From an uncultured delta proteobacterium (GTDB taxonomy: Bacteria; Myxococcota_A; UBA9160; SMWR01), in contig CAWHTE010000003.1 in the NCBI GenBank assembly GCA_963832165.1, positions 160,001-224,000 on the forward strand: a DNA stretch of 64,000 bases, given 5' to 3'. Every line of letters begins with the position of its first letter. Position 1 is the first letter of the stretch. Position numbers and translations under genes: made by a program. This document shows positions 32,410-42,968 of this stretch, piece after piece. Below the pieces are notes generated by a model. The model searched no databases, had not been told where the DNA came from, and saw only the letters and a program-made list of their open reading frames with translations.

Positions 32410-34299
32410 GTGTGCGGAATCGCCGGGATCGTCCATAGCGACCCCACCGTCGCGGTCGATCCGGTGCTGCTCCGCCGGATGGGCGACGCGATCCGCCACC
32501 GCGGTCCAGACGATTCCGGGGTCTGGACTGGTCCCGGTGTGGGCCTCGTTCACCGGCGCCTCTCGATCATCGACCTCTCCGCGGCCGGGCACCAGCCGAT
32601 GTCCAACGAGGACGGCTCGGTCCATGTGGTGTTCAACGGCGAGATCTACAACTTCCAGGAACTGCGCAAGGAGCTCGCCGCGCGCGGCCACGTGTTCCGG
32701 TCGGCGACCGACACCGAAGTGGTCGTCCACCTCTACGAAGAGGAAGGGGACGCCTGTGTCGAACGGCTCGATGGGATGTTCGCGTTCGCGATCTGGGACG
32801 TCCGCCGGCGCCGGCTGTTCCTCGCGCGGGACCGCGTCGGGAAGAAGCCGCTCAAGTACGCGGAGATCCCGGGCGGCGGGATCGCATTCGCCTCGGAGCT
32901 GAAGTCCCTGCTCGCGGCGGACCTCGTGGGCCGCGAAGTCGATGCGCGCCAGATCCACGACTACCTGACCTTCGGCTGCATCCCGGCACCCGGCACCGGC
33001 TTCGCGCGGATCCGCAAGCTCGAGCCGGGACACCGCATGGTGTGGGAGCGGGGCAGGCTCTCCAGCGAGCGCTACTGGAGCCTCGACTATCGCGCGAAGC
33101 GGAAGCTTTCCGCTCCCGAGTGGCGCGAGGAGGTGCGCCGGAGCGTGCGGCAGGCGGTCGAACGGCGCCTCGTCGCGGACGTCCCGCTCGGCGCATTCCT
33201 GTCCGGGGGCATCGACTCGAGCATCGTGGTCGCCTGCATGGCCGAGGCGTCGACGCGGCCCGTCGAGACGTTCTCGATCGGCTTCGAGCACGAGCAGTGG
33301 AACGAGCTCCCGTTCGCGCGTCGGGTCGCACAGCGCTGGAAGACCTCCCACCACGAGTTCGTCGTACGTGCGGACGACGGGGCGCTCTTGCCCGCGCTCG
33401 CGCGGCTCTATGAAGAGCCGTACGCGGACTCGTCTGCGCTTCCTTCGTGGTTTCTCGCGCGCGAGACGCGAAAGCACGTGACGGTGGCGCTGAACGGAGA
33501 CGGCGGCGACGAGGGATTCGGCGGCTATGCGCGCTACGCGCAGTTCATTCGCTGGCGCAAGCGAGCCCGCGCGATCGGACCGCTGCGAAGCGTCGCGCGC
33601 GCGCTTGCGGCGCTGCCGGCTCTACCGCGCCAGCTCGAGCGCAACGCCGAGGTGGCCCGGGAGCTCCTCGCGCCCGATCTCGCCGACGCGTACACGGCGA
33701 TCCTGCGGCTCTACACCGAGCGCGAGAAGCGGGAGCTGTACCGCGCGGATCTGTTCCCGGAGCGGCCCGCGGCTTCGAGCCGCGTGCTGCGCCGCTGGCT
33801 CGAGGATCCGTGCGCGGGAGAGGCTCTCCTCGACCGGATCTGCTTCAGTGACGTAATGGCGTATCTGCCCGACGATCTGCTCGTGAAGATGGACATCGCC
33901 ACGATGGCGCACAGCCTGGAGGCGCGCTCTCCGCTGCTCGACCACCACGTGCTGGAGCTGACCGCCTCGGCCCCCGCGGAGATCCGCTATTCCGACGGAC
34001 GGCTCAAGGCGCTGCTCAAGGATGCGTTCAAGAGCGATCTGCCCGAGGAGCTGATCGAGCGCCCCAAGATGGGATTCGGCATCCCGATCGGGGAGTGGTT
34101 CGCGGGCGCCTGGGCGCCGATGGCGCGCGATCTGCTGCTGGCACCCGATGCGCGCGTGGGCGCCTACTTCGAGCGCCGCGTGTTGCAGCGCTATGTCGAG
34201 GAACACGTGGTGGGCCGCATCGCGCGCGGCTACCAGATCTTCGCGCTCGTGATGTTGGAGCTATGGCACCGCGAAGTGGTGGAGCAGCGTCTCTCGTGA
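32410..34299 (+). CDS. asnB: Asparagine synthase-like glutamine amidotransferase, copy 1
   Basis: MCGIAG, HRGPD, HRRLSIID, NGEIYN, LSGGIDSS, LNGDGGDE. Confidence 0.93.
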   Translation: MCGIAGIVHSDPTVAVDPVLLRRMGDAIRHRGPDDSGVWTGPGVGLVHRRLSIIDLSAAGHQPMSNEDGSVHVVFNGEIYNFQELRKELAARGHVFRSATDTEVVVHLYEEEGDACVERLDGMFAFAIWDVRRRRLFLARDRVGKKPLKYAEIPGGGIAFASELKSLLAADLVGREVDARQIHDYLTFGCIPAPGTGFARIRKLEPGHRMVWERGRLSSERYWSLDYRAKRKLSAPEWREEVRRSVRQAVERRLVADVPLGAFLSGGIDSSIVVACMAEASTRPVETFSIGFEHEQWNELPFARRVAQRWKTSHHEFVVRADDGALLPALARLYEEPYADSSALPSWFLARETRKHVTVALNGDGGDEGFGGYARYAQFIRWRKRARAIGPLRSVARALAALPALPRQLERNAEVARELLAPDLADAYTAILRLYTEREKRELYRADLFPERPAASSRVLRRWLEDPCAGEALLDRICFSDVMAYLPDDLLVKMDIATMAHSLEARSPLLDHHVLELTASAPAEIRYSDGRLKALLKDAFKSDLPEELIERPKMGFGIPIGEWFAGAWAPMARDLLLAPDARVGAYFERRVLQRYVEEHVVGRIARGYQIFALVMLELWHREVVEQRLS

Positions 34300-35252
34300 G
34301 TATTCGTCCGTCGCAGCTCGACGCGCTCGACTGTGTCCGTTGCCGGAGCGGGGCGATCGTCGCCCGCGACGAGGGCGCGGTGGCGTGCGCGCGCTGCTCC
34401 GCTGTGTATCCGATCGTGAACGGCGTGGTCCGGTTCGTGGACCGCGAGCACTATGCGGGATCGTTCGGCCTCCAGTGGAACCGCCACCGGCTCGCACAGC
34501 TCGACAGCCACAGCGGACTGACGCTGTCGCGCGACCGGCTGTTCGAAGCGACCGGCTGGGCGCGGGACCTGCGCGGCCAGAAGATCCTCGAAGCGGGATC
34601 GGGTGCCGGCCGCTTCACGGAGATCCTCGTCGGCACCGGAGCCGAGGTCGTATCGCTCGATCTGTCCTCGGCCGTCGACGCGAACTACGCCAACAACGGC
34701 CACCATCCCAACCTTCTGCTCCTGCAGGCGGACATGTCGGCGATTCCGATCCGCCCGCTCGCGATGGACAAGGTGCTGTGCCTCGGTGTTCTGCAGCACA
34801 CGCCCGACCCGGCCGTCTCCTTCCAGAATCTCTCGAAACACGTCCGGCCCGGCGGCGAGCTCGTGATCGACGTCTACGCCGCGCGCCTGAGCGCGCTCAT
34901 CGCCTGGAAGTACGCGCTGCGCCCACTCACGAAGCACATGGATCGGGAGCGGCTCTACCGCTGGATCGCGCGGCTGACCCCTCCGCTCGTCCCGCTTTCC
35001 GCGCGGCTGTACCGGGTCGCGGGTCGACTGGGCGCGCGCCTGCTGCCGATCATCCAGTACGACCACCTGGGGCTTTCGCCCGAGCTGAACCGCGAGTGGG
35101 CGATCCTCGACACGTTCGACATGTATTCACCCGCGCACGATCATCCGCAGACGATCGGCACCGTGCGGAGCTGGTACGCCGACGCTGGTTTCGTCGACGT
35201 CCACGTCGCCTACGGTCCGAACGGCATCATCGCGCGGGGACGCCGGCCGTAG
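34296..35252 (+). CDS. Methyltransferase with N-terminal Trm112-like Zn knuckle
   Basis: CVRC...CARC...YPIVNGV; SFGLQW; ILEAGSGAGRF; GVLQHTP. Confidence 0.85.
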   Translation: MSIRPSQLDALDCVRCRSGAIVARDEGAVACARCSAVYPIVNGVVRFVDREHYAGSFGLQWNRHRLAQLDSHSGLTLSRDRLFEATGWARDLRGQKILEAGSGAGRFTEILVGTGAEVVSLDLSSAVDANYANNGHHPNLLLLQADMSAIPIRPLAMDKVLCLGVLQHTPDPAVSFQNLSKHVRPGGELVIDVYAARLSALIAWKYALRPLTKHMDRERLYRWIARLTPPLVPLSARLYRVAGRLGARLLPIIQYDHLGLSPELNREWAILDTFDMYSPAHDHPQTIGTVRSWYADAGFVDVHVAYGPNGIIARGRRP

Positions 35253-35268
35253 GCGAGGGGACGCTCGG

Positions 35269-37131
35269 ATGTGCGGCATCGTCGGTCAGGCCTCTCGAAC
35301 GGGTGATCCCGTCGATCCCGGCGATCTGAAGCGCGCAATGGATCTCTTGATCCAGCGCGGCCCCGACGACCAGGGCTCGTGGCAGGAGGGCGCGACCGCG
35401 TTGGGTCACCGACGCCTGTCGATCATCGACCTGTCGACGAACGGCCGCCAACCCATGACGTCGCCGGATGGGCGATACGTGATCGTCTACAACGGCGAGG
35501 TCTACAACTTCGCAGAGCTGCGCGAAGAGCTCTCGGGAAGCTGGGCGTGGCAGAGCCAGAGCGATACCGAGGTGGTGCTCGCCGCGTACGCGCGCTGGGG
35601 TCCGGAGTGTCTCCGGCGATTCCACGGCATGTTCGCGCTGGCGATCTGGGATCGGCACACGGGCACGCTGTTCGCAGCGCGCGACCGGATGGGCGTGAAG
35701 CCGCTCTACTACCACTCGGGTGCGCAGCAAATCCTCTTCGCCTCGCGCCCGCGATCGATCTTCGCGCTGCGCCCCGCGCTCTCGCGCGAGCTCGATCTCC
35801 AGGCGCTGCGCTACTACCTCGAGCTCGGCCACGTGCCGGCGCCGCGGTCGATTCACACGAGCATCCGCAAGCTCGAACCGGGTCACTGGCTGCGTTGGAA
35901 GGACGGCCAGCTCGAGGTGAAGGAGTACTGGGACTTCCGCCAGATCGCGCCCGAGCCCTCGTGGCTCGAGCGCAGCGAGGACGATCTCCTCGACGAGCTC
36001 GACGACGTCGTCGCGCGCTGCGTGAAGTACCGGCTCGTGAGCGACGTACCGCTCGGCGCGTTCCTGTCGGGCGGCATCGACAGCTCGCTCGTCGTGGCGA
36101 TGATGGCGCGCCACGCGAACGCTGCGGTCGAGACCTTCACGATCGGCTTCGACGACCCGGAGTTCGACGAGAGCGCGCATGCCCAGGCCGTGGCTGATCA
36201 TCTGGGCACCCATCACCACTGCGAGCGGCTCGAGGTCGCGAGCCTGCTCGATCTCATGGACGTGTTCCGCAGCCAGTTCGACGAGCCGTTCCAGGATTAC
36301 GCCGCGTTTCCGACCATGGCGGTGTCGCGGACCGCGCGCCGGCACGTGACGGTTTCGCTCTCGGGCGACGGCGGCGACGAGCTGTTCGGGGGCTATCACT
36401 ACTACCCGATCGCCCAGAAGCTGGCGCGCGCGTTTGCGCTTCCGGCGCCGATCCGCCGCGCCGGTGCGTGCGCGCTCTCGCTCTGGCCCAGCCATCGCAT
36501 GAACCTTCTCGCGGGGGCGCTGCGGGAGCGCTCCGGGCCTTCCGCGTTCGCGTTCATGCGCAGCATCGCGAAGGATTTCCCGAGCGTGCTCGATCCGGGG
36601 GTGGTTGCGGCGACGCGCGGCAGCGACGAGCTGTTCGAGAGCGCCGCCGGAAAGCTGTGTCCGGGCCTCGATCCGGCGGAGATCGGCATGCGCCTCGATT
36701 GCGAGTTCACGCTGCCGTCTGCGTATCTGGAGAAAGTGGACGTCTCGAGCATGGCCTTCTCGCTCGAGTCGCGCGATCCGCTGCTCGATCAGGATCTCGT
36801 CGAGTGGGCGATGCGCCTGCCCGTGGAATGGAAGCTGCGCGGCGGCACGGGCAAGTACCTGCTGCGCAAGCTCGTCTATCGGTACATCCCGGAATCGATC
36901 ATGCGCCGGCCCAAGCGCGGCTTCGAGATTCCGATGGCGAAATGGCTGCGCGGCCCGCTGCGCGAGTGGGCGCGCGAACGCGTGAACGACACGCAGCTGT
37001 TCCAGCGCGTACCGCTGCAGCAGGACGCCGTGGCGAGCCTCTTCGCGCTGCACGATTCGGGCAGGCGCAACGTCCACCCGTTGCTGTGGGCGATCCTCGT
37101 GCTGCTCGATCGCGCAGCCGAGGGCTCGTGA
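35269..37131 (+). CDS. asnB: Asparagine synthase-like glutamine amidotransferase, copy 2
   Basis: MCGIVG, RGPD, HRRLSIID, LSGGIDSS, LSGDGGDELFGGY. Confidence 0.93.
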   Translation: MCGIVGQASRTGDPVDPGDLKRAMDLLIQRGPDDQGSWQEGATALGHRRLSIIDLSTNGRQPMTSPDGRYVIVYNGEVYNFAELREELSGSWAWQSQSDTEVVLAAYARWGPECLRRFHGMFALAIWDRHTGTLFAARDRMGVKPLYYHSGAQQILFASRPRSIFALRPALSRELDLQALRYYLELGHVPAPRSIHTSIRKLEPGHWLRWKDGQLEVKEYWDFRQIAPEPSWLERSEDDLLDELDDVVARCVKYRLVSDVPLGAFLSGGIDSSLVVAMMARHANAAVETFTIGFDDPEFDESAHAQAVADHLGTHHHCERLEVASLLDLMDVFRSQFDEPFQDYAAFPTMAVSRTARRHVTVSLSGDGGDELFGGYHYYPIAQKLARAFALPAPIRRAGACALSLWPSHRMNLLAGALRERSGPSAFAFMRSIAKDFPSVLDPGVVAATRGSDELFESAAGKLCPGLDPAEIGMRLDCEFTLPSAYLEKVDVSSMAFSLESRDPLLDQDLVEWAMRLPVEWKLRGGTGKYLLRKLVYRYIPESIMRRPKRGFEIPMAKWLRGPLREWARERVNDTQLFQRVPLQQDAVASLFALHDSGRRNVHPLLWAILVLLDRAAEGS

Positions 37132-37138
37132 CGGGGAA

Positions 37139-38230
37139 ATGGCGCACAAGAGAGTCCTGCAGCTGATCCCGACGCTGGGGCACGGCGGCGCAGAGCGCCA
37201 GATCGGGTATCTGAGTCGCGGCCTCTCGAGCCGGGGCTGGCAGGTGGTCGTCGCCTCGATCTCGGGCGGCCCGCTGCGCGAACGGCTCGAGCGCAGCGGG
37301 GCGCGACTCGTGACGATTCCCGCTCGGGGCAGCAACGATCCGATGATCCTCGCGCGGCTGATCGGACTGATTCGCGAGTTCGAGCCGGCTGTCGTTCACA
37401 CCTGGCTCTCGATGATGGACGTGTTCGGCGGGGCGGCCGCGCGCATCACGGGCATCCCCTGGGTGATCTCCGAGCGCAGCAATCGCGATGCCTATCGGTC
37501 CGGCCTCAAGATGCGACTGCGCGTCTGGTCTGCGCGCGGCGCGGCGGCCGTGATCTCCAACTCGGAGGGCGGCGACCGGTACTGGGCGGACGTCCTCGCG
37601 ACGGCCTGTCCGCGCTTCGTGATCCGCAACGGCATCCCGATCGAGGAGATCGACGCCGCGCGGCCGGCCGATCCGGCGGTGCTCGGTCTGCCTTCGGACG
37701 TGCCGTTGCTGCTCACCGTCGGCCGCTTCGACGACGGCAAGAACGAGAGCGCCGTGATCGACGCATTCGAGCGCGTGATCGACGCGGAGCCCGCGGCCGG
37801 GGTGCTCTTCGGCAGCGGCCCTCGGGCCGACGACGTGAAGCGGCGCATCGCCGGACAGGCGCGGATCCGCGCACCCGGCGTCGCCACGGATGTCTTCGGC
37901 TGGATGCGCCGCGCGCAGGTGTTCATCTCGATGAGCCGCTTCGAAGGGATGCCGAACGCCGTCATGGAAGCGATGGCAGCGGGGTGTCCTCTCGTGGTGT
38001 CGGACATCGCGGCGCACCGCGAGATCCTCGACGCGCGCGCGGCGCTGTGGGTCTCGCCCGACGATCCGGGCGGCGCAGCGGAGGCGATCCGATCGATCCT
38101 GGGCGACCCCGACTCCGCGCGGCAGCGCGCCGCGATCGCGCGGGAGCGGGCCCGCGAATGGTCGATCGAGCATCTCGCCGCGGCTCACGAGCGTGTCTAC
38201 GATCAGGTGATGGCGGGGGCGCGCGCGTGA
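37139..38230 (+). CDS. GT4 glycosyltransferase
   Basis: GGAERQ, SRFEGMPNAVMEAMAAG. Confidence 0.92.
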   Translation: MAHKRVLQLIPTLGHGGAERQIGYLSRGLSSRGWQVVVASISGGPLRERLERSGARLVTIPARGSNDPMILARLIGLIREFEPAVVHTWLSMMDVFGGAAARITGIPWVISERSNRDAYRSGLKMRLRVWSARGAAAVISNSEGGDRYWADVLATACPRFVIRNGIPIEEIDAARPADPAVLGLPSDVPLLLTVGRFDDGKNESAVIDAFERVIDAEPAAGVLFGSGPRADDVKRRIAGQARIRAPGVATDVFGWMRRAQVFISMSRFEGMPNAVMEAMAAGCPLVVSDIAAHREILDARAALWVSPDDPGGAAEAIRSILGDPDSARQRAAIARERAREWSIEHLAAAHERVYDQVMAGARA

Positions 38231-39966
38231 GCACAGGGCGAGCGGGCGCAGCACTCGCAGGCCTTCTGCTCGCCGCGCTCGCAGGTGCGGGCGCGGAGCC
38301 GGCGGCCGAGTCGATCGAGATCGCGCCGGGCGTCGAGGCGCGCGGTCGCAGCCTGGGCCCCGATCGCTCGGCCGTGGAGACGGTCTGGATCCGACCCGCG
38401 CGGCGCGCGGGTGAACCCTCGCCCGATCTCGGCCCGCTGCTCGAGGCGGCCTACGACTGGTGCGCCGGAAACGCTCCGAGCAGCGCGCGGCGACTCGAGG
38501 CCGGGATGGTCGCGCACTCGGGCTGCTCGATTCGCCTCGAATCGGGCCCGTACCGGATCACGCGGACCGCGGTGCTGCGCCCGCTGCGCGAGCGGAGCCC
38601 CGTGGAGATCGACCTCGGCGGTGCGTCGATCCTCCACATGCCCGAGCGGCCCCGCAGCGTGAAGGTTTCCGAGCTCGGGTCGCTGCGCTGTGATGCCGCG
38701 CATCGCGGCGACTACTACGAGGTCAGCGATCCCGAGAGCTTCGACGACTTCCAGCACGCGGATCCGGAGCGCGACGTGCGGATCGCGCGGATCGAGCCGA
38801 ACCGCGAGAAGACGCCCGGGTGCCCCAACGGAGGTCCGGTCTGCAAGTACGGCGGGAACGCCGCGCGCGTGATCACGGCGTCCCCGCATGGCTTCACGGA
38901 CGGCGGTCCGCTCGCGCTCGGCGACGTCGCCGTCTTCTCGGCTCCGGGCACGCCCTACGATCGCGAGCGACTGCTCGTGAAGGAGGTGCTGAGTCCCACC
39001 GAGTTCATCGTCACGCCGTTCTTCGTACCGGCGCCCGCGACCGGCGGCTCGGTTCGGGAGACCGCGACGACGATCTGGTGCAACGGAAACCGGTGGCGAG
39101 CCGGCAAGCCGATGATCGCGATCGGAGGTCCGGGCAACCTGCGCGAAACGCGCATCTCGCTGCGCGGCGGAAAGTTCGCCGTGGACGGCCTGCTCTATCG
39201 CACCGCGGCAGTGCTGATCGACGGCGACTCGGGCAACGACCGCAGCGGCGGGGCAGGGTGGGTGAGCGTGGAGACCACCCACTCGGGCAATGGCGACCTG
39301 CGCGGACAGATCGTGGTGGACATGGGAATCGCCGAGCCGAGCCGGAGCATCTGCGAGCACGTCGACGTGCGCGTCTACAGCGACGCCTGGGGCCCGTCGT
39401 GGGGGCCTGCGGTGTGGAACCGCTCGTGCCGGTTCGCGAAGATCGAGCTGCACCAGGGCCATGGCGGCGGCCTCTGGGTGGGAAACGACGACCGCGCGAG
39501 CGACAATCCCACGCCCGTCTCGGTGAGCGGAGCGGTGCTGGGATGCCGGGACGGACCCTGCCTCTGGGTGCGCAGCGGTACGGTGCAATTCGACGCGGGG
39601 TTCACGGTGATGGGATCGCAGTACGGCCCGCTACACGCGCCGCCGGGCCCGTATCGGGGCCTGGTCGCGATCCTCGGTGGCGGTCCGGGGAGCTCGCCCG
39701 TCAACGTGATCGCCCACGGCGGCAACTGGGGCGCCGGGCAGGAATCCGATCTCGACTGCTACGTGTGGCTCGGTGACCGTGCCATGCTGGTCCAGCAGGG
39801 CGGGGCGCTCACGGCCGGCAACGCAACCAAGGGATCCGGTCGCGACACACTATTCTGTAGTGCCCCGGGCACCAAGGTGGACGACTTCGTCGTCGAGCAT
39901 ACCCGCAACGGCTCCTGGGGCGGCAATCCCAGCTGGAAGGACGTGGAGAAACGGGGTAGCTGGTGA
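38227..39966 (+). CDS. Secreted hypothetical protein, probable beta-helix/tailspike-like
   Basis: Signal peptide; DLGPLLEAAYD...SIRLESGPYRI resembles a pectate-lyase-like cap; Gly/Val/Asn-rich strands; coupled to neighbours on both sides. Confidence 0.6.
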   Translation: MSTGRAGAALAGLLLAALAGAGAEPAAESIEIAPGVEARGRSLGPDRSAVETVWIRPARRAGEPSPDLGPLLEAAYDWCAGNAPSSARRLEAGMVAHSGCSIRLESGPYRITRTAVLRPLRERSPVEIDLGGASILHMPERPRSVKVSELGSLRCDAAHRGDYYEVSDPESFDDFQHADPERDVRIARIEPNREKTPGCPNGGPVCKYGGNAARVITASPHGFTDGGPLALGDVAVFSAPGTPYDRERLLVKEVLSPTEFIVTPFFVPAPATGGSVRETATTIWCNGNRWRAGKPMIAIGGPGNLRETRISLRGGKFAVDGLLYRTAAVLIDGDSGNDRSGGAGWVSVETTHSGNGDLRGQIVVDMGIAEPSRSICEHVDVRVYSDAWGPSWGPAVWNRSCRFAKIELHQGHGGGLWVGNDDRASDNPTPVSVSGAVLGCRDGPCLWVRSGTVQFDAGFTVMGSQYGPLHAPPGPYRGLVAILGGGPGSSPVNVIAHGGNWGAGQESDLDCYVWLGDRAMLVQQGGALTAGNATKGSGRDTLFCSAPGTKVDDFVVEHTRNGSWGGNPSWKDVEKRGSW

Positions 39967-41558
39967 GGTGTCTCCTCGGCGGAACATGGACGGACGGTCT
40001 GCTCGACTACTACTGTGGTGAGAGCGACTACCGGATTCGCGTGCTCGCCTGCGCGAACGTCGAGGAGCTGACCGGTATCTATTTCGTGCGCGAGCGCAGC
40101 CCGCGGTTGGTCTGGAACTACCTTCCCGAGGTCGGGCCGATCAACATCTGGCGCAAGATCGCGTCGCGGCTCCAGGAGCGGTACCGGAACAAGAAGTTCC
40201 TCTCGGTGGGCATCGGCGAGATCCTCTCGTCACCCGCCGGGGCGAAGTACGCGGACGGAGACCTCGTCGCGTTCCTGGCCACGGGCCTGCCGGCCTGCGT
40301 GGAGCGCGTCGCCCTGCCGGAGGCGTTTGTCTCGAGCGTCGACGACACCGTGCGCGCGCGCTTGCGCGGGGACGCGATCAGTTATGTGAGCGACTGCCGC
40401 GTGAAGAGGCCCGAGGGCGCGTGGTGGGACCGGGTGCGCGCGTGGACTCCCTACTCGGGCGTCGTCCTCTCCGAGCAGGACGTCCGCGCTACGCGCGAGA
40501 CGATCGTCGATTGGGTGGAGGCGATCGACTGGGATTCGGGCCAGGCGCTGACCACGAGCCCGCCCTCGGAGGTCCGCTCGACGGCGAACGCGAGCGCGCA
40601 CCGGCACGGCGGTCCGAGGAAGCGCGGCGTGCTGTTCGGATACGGGCACTACGCGAAGACCAACATCCTCCCGAACGTGAGACACCGCATCGACGTGGAG
40701 AAGATCCACGAGGTGGACCCCACGCAGCTTCCGAGGGACCGCGCCGACGTCACCTGGGACTCGAGTCCCGTGCCCGATCGCGGCGATGATTTCGACGTCT
40801 TCCTGATCGCGGGCTTCCACCACACGCATGCTCCGCTCTCGGTCGCCGCGCTCGAGCGGGGCGCCTACGCCGTGGCCGAGAAGCCGCTCGCGGTCGACCG
40901 GGAACAGATGCTGGCGCTGCTCGACGCGATGGACGGCTGCGACACGGGCTACTTCGGCTGCTTCCACAAGCGCTATTCGCCGTTCAACGATTACGCGATG
41001 GAGGACCTGCGCCAATCACCCGAGTCGCCGATCGACTATCACTGCATCGTGTTCGAGGTGCCGCTTCCCGATCTCCATTGGTACCACTGGCCCCATTCGA
41101 AGAGCCGACTGGTCTCGAACGGATGCCACTGGATCGATCACTTCCTGTACCTGAATGGGTACAAGGAGGTCGAGTCGTTCGAGCTCGGCTGCAGCCCGTC
41201 CGGCACGATCAACTGCGCCGTGACGCTCCGGAACGGCGCGTACTTCACGATGACGCTGACCGACAAGGGGAGCGAACGGATCGGACTCCAGGAGTACGTC
41301 GAGCTGCGGGCCGGTCAAGTGACCGTGAAGATCACCAACAACTCGCGCTACATCGCCGAGAACCGCACGCGGATCCTGCGGCGGGTCCACATCGGCAAGA
41401 TCCGGAACTACAAGCTCATGTACGCGACGATCGCCGAGCGGATCGCGCGCGGGGAAGGGGGCGACACCCTGCAATCGGTGCGCGTCTCTACCGGGCTCAT
41501 GCTGGACCTCGACGATGCGCTGACGCGATGCGAGGCCGATCGGCGGCTAGGTCTGTAG
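39963..41558 (+). CDS. Gfo/Idh/MocA-like oxidoreductase with degenerate MDR-like N-terminus
   Basis: FGYGHYAK, AEKPLA, GCHWID; N-terminus resembles the gene at 44220-46355. Confidence 0.75.
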   Translation: MRCLLGGTWTDGLLDYYCGESDYRIRVLACANVEELTGIYFVRERSPRLVWNYLPEVGPINIWRKIASRLQERYRNKKFLSVGIGEILSSPAGAKYADGDLVAFLATGLPACVERVALPEAFVSSVDDTVRARLRGDAISYVSDCRVKRPEGAWWDRVRAWTPYSGVVLSEQDVRATRETIVDWVEAIDWDSGQALTTSPPSEVRSTANASAHRHGGPRKRGVLFGYGHYAKTNILPNVRHRIDVEKIHEVDPTQLPRDRADVTWDSSPVPDRGDDFDVFLIAGFHHTHAPLSVAALERGAYAVAEKPLAVDREQMLALLDAMDGCDTGYFGCFHKRYSPFNDYAMEDLRQSPESPIDYHCIVFEVPLPDLHWYHWPHSKSRLVSNGCHWIDHFLYLNGYKEVESFELGCSPSGTINCAVTLRNGAYFTMTLTDKGSERIGLQEYVELRAGQVTVKITNNSRYIAENRTRILRRVHIGKIRNYKLMYATIAERIARGEGGDTLQSVRVSTGLMLDLDDALTRCEADRRLGL

Positions 41559-42968
41559 CTTCGCCCCGCGCTGCTCCATCGCGCGCAGGCTGCCGATGCT
41601 CGACTTGACGGCGCGGAACTTGCCGCCGTGCTCGCGCGGGATCTCGGGGACTTTTTCGATGCGGATCTCGATCTGTTCTCCGAGCCGATCCCGGATGTCT
41701 CGCAACAGACGCTGCTCCGCGGCTGTGCCGTAGCCCAGACGCGGAACGATGGAGACGACGATCTGCTCTTTGTCCTTCTGGAGGATCTGCGCTTCGGCGA
41801 TGTGAACCTGTCCCTTGAAGAGGTGGTCCAGACGGCCGACGAGTCGGCCGTCGGGCGTGAGTACGTAGTCGTCTTCCCGCCCCTCGACGTCCAGGAACAC
41901 GATCCCCGGCCGCCCGCACGGACACGAGTACTTCGACAGTGTCCCCACGTCGCCGATCCGGTAGCGGAAGAACGCGATCGCATCGGGGGCGAGACCCGTC
42001 GCGAGGATGGGTCCACGGATCCAGGCATCGGTCTCCTCGAACGGCTCCACTTCGACGATGCAGAACTCCATGTCGACGTGGAGCCGGTGCTGCTCACAGC
42101 CTGTCATCGAGACTGCAAACTCGCTCGTCCCGTAGCGGTCGACCACGGGCGCGTTGAAGGCCGCTTCGATCACGGCGCGATGATCCGCCAGCAGGCGTTC
42201 CGAGGACGTGAACACGCCGGCGAGGCGCCCGACCGGAAGCGGCCGGCCCGCGTCGAGCAGCGCCCGGGCCATCACGAACAGCGACGAGGGATAGCCCTGC
42301 ACCCAGCGCGCGGATGTCTTGTGCAGCGCCGTCACGTAGACCCCGAGGTTCTCGGGCTTCATGTGATAGGTGGAGAAGAACGTCTGGTGGCCGAAGTGGT
42401 TGGTTCGCCAGAAGGGAGGCGAGTGCGTCTCGAACGGCACGACGATGTTGCCGCCGAACGTCACGCGGGAGTCTTCGAGGTCGATCCCAAACCGCCGGTA
42501 CAAGCGCCAGACCGTCGCGTACTCCTCGGCGAGTGCCTCGCGTGTATGCCAGAACTCCAGCGCCGTACCCGTGGTACCGCTCGTGTTGATCTTGACGAGC
42601 TTCGAGCGCGAGCGATCGGTACCGATGAAGCGCTCGGGCTGTGCCGCGTAGGCGCTCTTCTCGAACGGCGGGATCGATGCGAGCGTCTCCGCGATCGCCT
42701 CGGCCGGGTCCTTCCTCTGGGAGGGGGCCGCGAGATCGCGGTACTCGGGTACACAACGCCGAGCCCATTCGATCCGAGCGTTCAGCCGCTGCCGCTGGAT
42801 CTCGTGGAGTTCTCCGAGCGGCGCGCGCCCGCTGCTCTCGAGCTCCGCTAGTCGAGTATGGAAATGAGGCGTGTAGCGGAAGCGATGCAGCTGGAAGCCC
42901 GCCGCGCTGAGCGCGATGTTCTGGACCAGCAGCGGTGCGTAGCGGAGAAATGTGCTGTGGAACTTCAT
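41547..42968 (-). CDS. Phenylacetate-CoA ligase/CapK-like adenylate-forming protein
   Basis: TSGTTG, QGYPSS, DRYGTSE, RYRIGD, EGREDD. Confidence 0.88.
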   Translation of the reverse strand: MKFHSTFLRYAPLLVQNIALSAAGFQLHRFRYTPHFHTRLAELESSGRAPLGELHEIQRQRLNARIEWARRCVPEYRDLAAPSQRKDPAEAIAETLASIPPFEKSAYAAQPERFIGTDRSRSKLVKINTSGTTGTALEFWHTREALAEEYATVWRLYRRFGIDLEDSRVTFGGNIVVPFETHSPPFWRTNHFGHQTFFSTYHMKPENLGVYVTALHKTSARWVQGYPSSLFVMARALLDAGRPLPVGRLAGVFTSSERLLADHRAVIEAAFNAPVVDRYGTSEFAVSMTGCEQHRLHVDMEFCIVEVEPFEETDAWIRGPILATGLAPDAIAFFRYRIGDVGTLSKYSCPCGRPGIVFLDVEGREDDYVLTPDGRLVGRLDHLFKGQVHIAEAQILQKDKEQIVVSIVPRLGYGTAAEQRLLRDIRDRLGEQIEIRIEKVPEIPREHGGKFRAVKSSIGSLRAMEQRGAKLQT

